Assembly (NCBI GenBank): GCA_041497675.1
Contig: JBGQGY010000174.1
Coordinates: 1 to 5,881, forward strand
Source: a bacterium
GTDB taxonomy: Bacteria > Sysuimicrobiota > Sysuimicrobiia > Sysuimicrobiales > Humicultoraceae
Reading direction: 5' to 3'
Length of the DNA: 5,881 nucleotides
Shown here: piece after piece, positions 5,138 through 5,881 of the stretch
Position numbering within the stretch: the stretch's first letter is position 1
How the letters are laid out: each line of letters opens with the position of its first letter
Notes under the pieces: generated by a model
What the model was told of the DNA's origin: nothing
Seen by the model: only the letters and a program-made list of their open reading frames with translations
The model's database searches: none
Translations under genes and position numbers: made by a program

Positions 5138-5881
5138 CAGGCCGCACGCTCTGGGCCGGCGACGGCCAGCGCGTACGCGTCGGCCGGAAAGCGCCGCATC
5201 GCCCGCGCGATGTCGTCGTGTCCCACGCCCTGGATGATGGCCGGATAGCGTTCGAGGTAGTCGAGGCCGAGCCCGTGCAGTTCGATGTCCGCGAGCATCT
5301 GCGCCACGCCCTGGTTGGTTTCCAATCGCACCGCGAGGGACCCGACGAGAAAGGTCCGCGCATCAGCCAGCTCTTCGACGCGGGGACCGTCACGCTGCAG
5401 CGTGCGAATTTCGTGCAGGATCGCTTCGGCGGCGCGCTCGACATTCGCCGGGTTCACCCCGGCTTTGACCCACCACGGGCCCGCGAGCAACCCGGCGCGC
5501 AGATCGCTAAACGCGTAGTACGCCATCCCCTGACGCTCGCGGACGTTCTCGCCGACCCGACCCATCAACCCCAACTGACCGAGCAGCAGGTTCGTCACCA
5601 TCGTCGCGTAGTACTCCGGATCCCCCCGCCGGATGCCCGGCGCGCCGAGCACCAGATCGGACTGCGACTTCCCCGGGACCGCGATGTCCCGTCGCACCGG
5701 CCGGCCGAGCGGCCGCGGCTCGGGGAGTGCCGGCAACTTAAAACCATCCCCAGCCGGCCACGCCCCAAAGGCCTTCGCCACCTGCTCAACGGTGGCACCC
5801 GCGCTGATGTCACCGACGATCGCGAGCAATGTCACGCCCGCGTGCACGTGGCGCGCATGGAACGCCCGCAGATCGTCAGGC
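5137..5881 (-). CDS. M16 (pitrilysin/insulinase) family peptidase, C-terminal part; partial, 5' end beyond the right edge
   Basis: The frame is open to the window edge (PDDLRAFHARHVHAGVTLLAIVGDI...). QSDLVLG, NLLLG..GLMGR...VRERQGMAYYAFS (R/Y pair) and ELADARTFLVGS...LET are M16_C motifs. The stop overlaps the npdG start (TGATG, 5139-5135). The HxxEH zinc motif region is outside the window, so catalytic activity cannot be judged. Confidence 0.92.
   Translation of the reverse strand, partial: PDDLRAFHARHVHAGVTLLAIVGDISAGATVEQVAKAFGAWPAGDGFKLPALPEPRPLGRPVRRDIAVPGKSQSDLVLGAPGIRRGDPEYYATMVTNLLLGQLGLMGRVGENVRERQGMAYYAFSDLRAGLLAGPWWVKAGVNPANVERAAEAILHEIRTLQRDGPRVEELADARTFLVGSLAVRLETNQGVAQMLADIELHGLGLDYLERYPAIIQGVGHDDIARAMRRFPADAYALAVAGPERAA

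Noticed and set aside
4494..5444. N-terminal 317-aa extension of CofE in the 568-aa track ORF (apparent fusion)
   Set aside because: Arg-rich off-frame reading of npdG and the M16 gene. CofE homology begins at ATG 4493, which forms a normal ATGA overlap.
3683..5813. Remaining alternative-frame ORFs over cofE, npdG and M16 (e.g. 4011-4709, 4517-5248, 4860-5237)
   Set aside because: Antisense or off-frame readings of confidently identified genes.
1..5881. tRNA, rRNA, riboswitch, CRISPR array, tandem repeats, intrinsic terminators
   Set aside because: Non-coding space is limited to 121 bp (2128-2248) and 9 bp (3729-3737), and no such structure was seen by eye.

Overview
GC-rich bacterial window with seven tightly packed coding regions and no RNA genes, CRISPR array or recognisable mobile element. 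At the right, a translationally coupled minus-strand run encodes an M16 peptidase-family protein (5'-truncated by the window), NADPH-dependent F420 reductase (npdG) and F420-0:L-glutamate ligase (cofE). At the left, a second minus-strand unit with its own extended -10 promoter encodes a 445-aa fusion of an archaeal adenylate kinase (AdkA)-like domain and a DNPH1/MilB-type nucleoside-monophosphate N-glycosidase-like domain. It is coupled to a PLP-dependent D-cysteine desulfhydrase/ACC deaminase-family gene (793 to <1, absent from the ORF track) with unusual active-site substitutions. Between the two units lies an oppositely oriented, lower-GC two-gene cassette: an RmlC-like cupin lacking the canonical epimerase residues and a GT2 glycosyltransferase. 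The best candidate for an uncharacterised system is the kinase/N-glycosidase fusion with its atypical PLP partner. All family calls are by-eye motif recognition; no searches were run.
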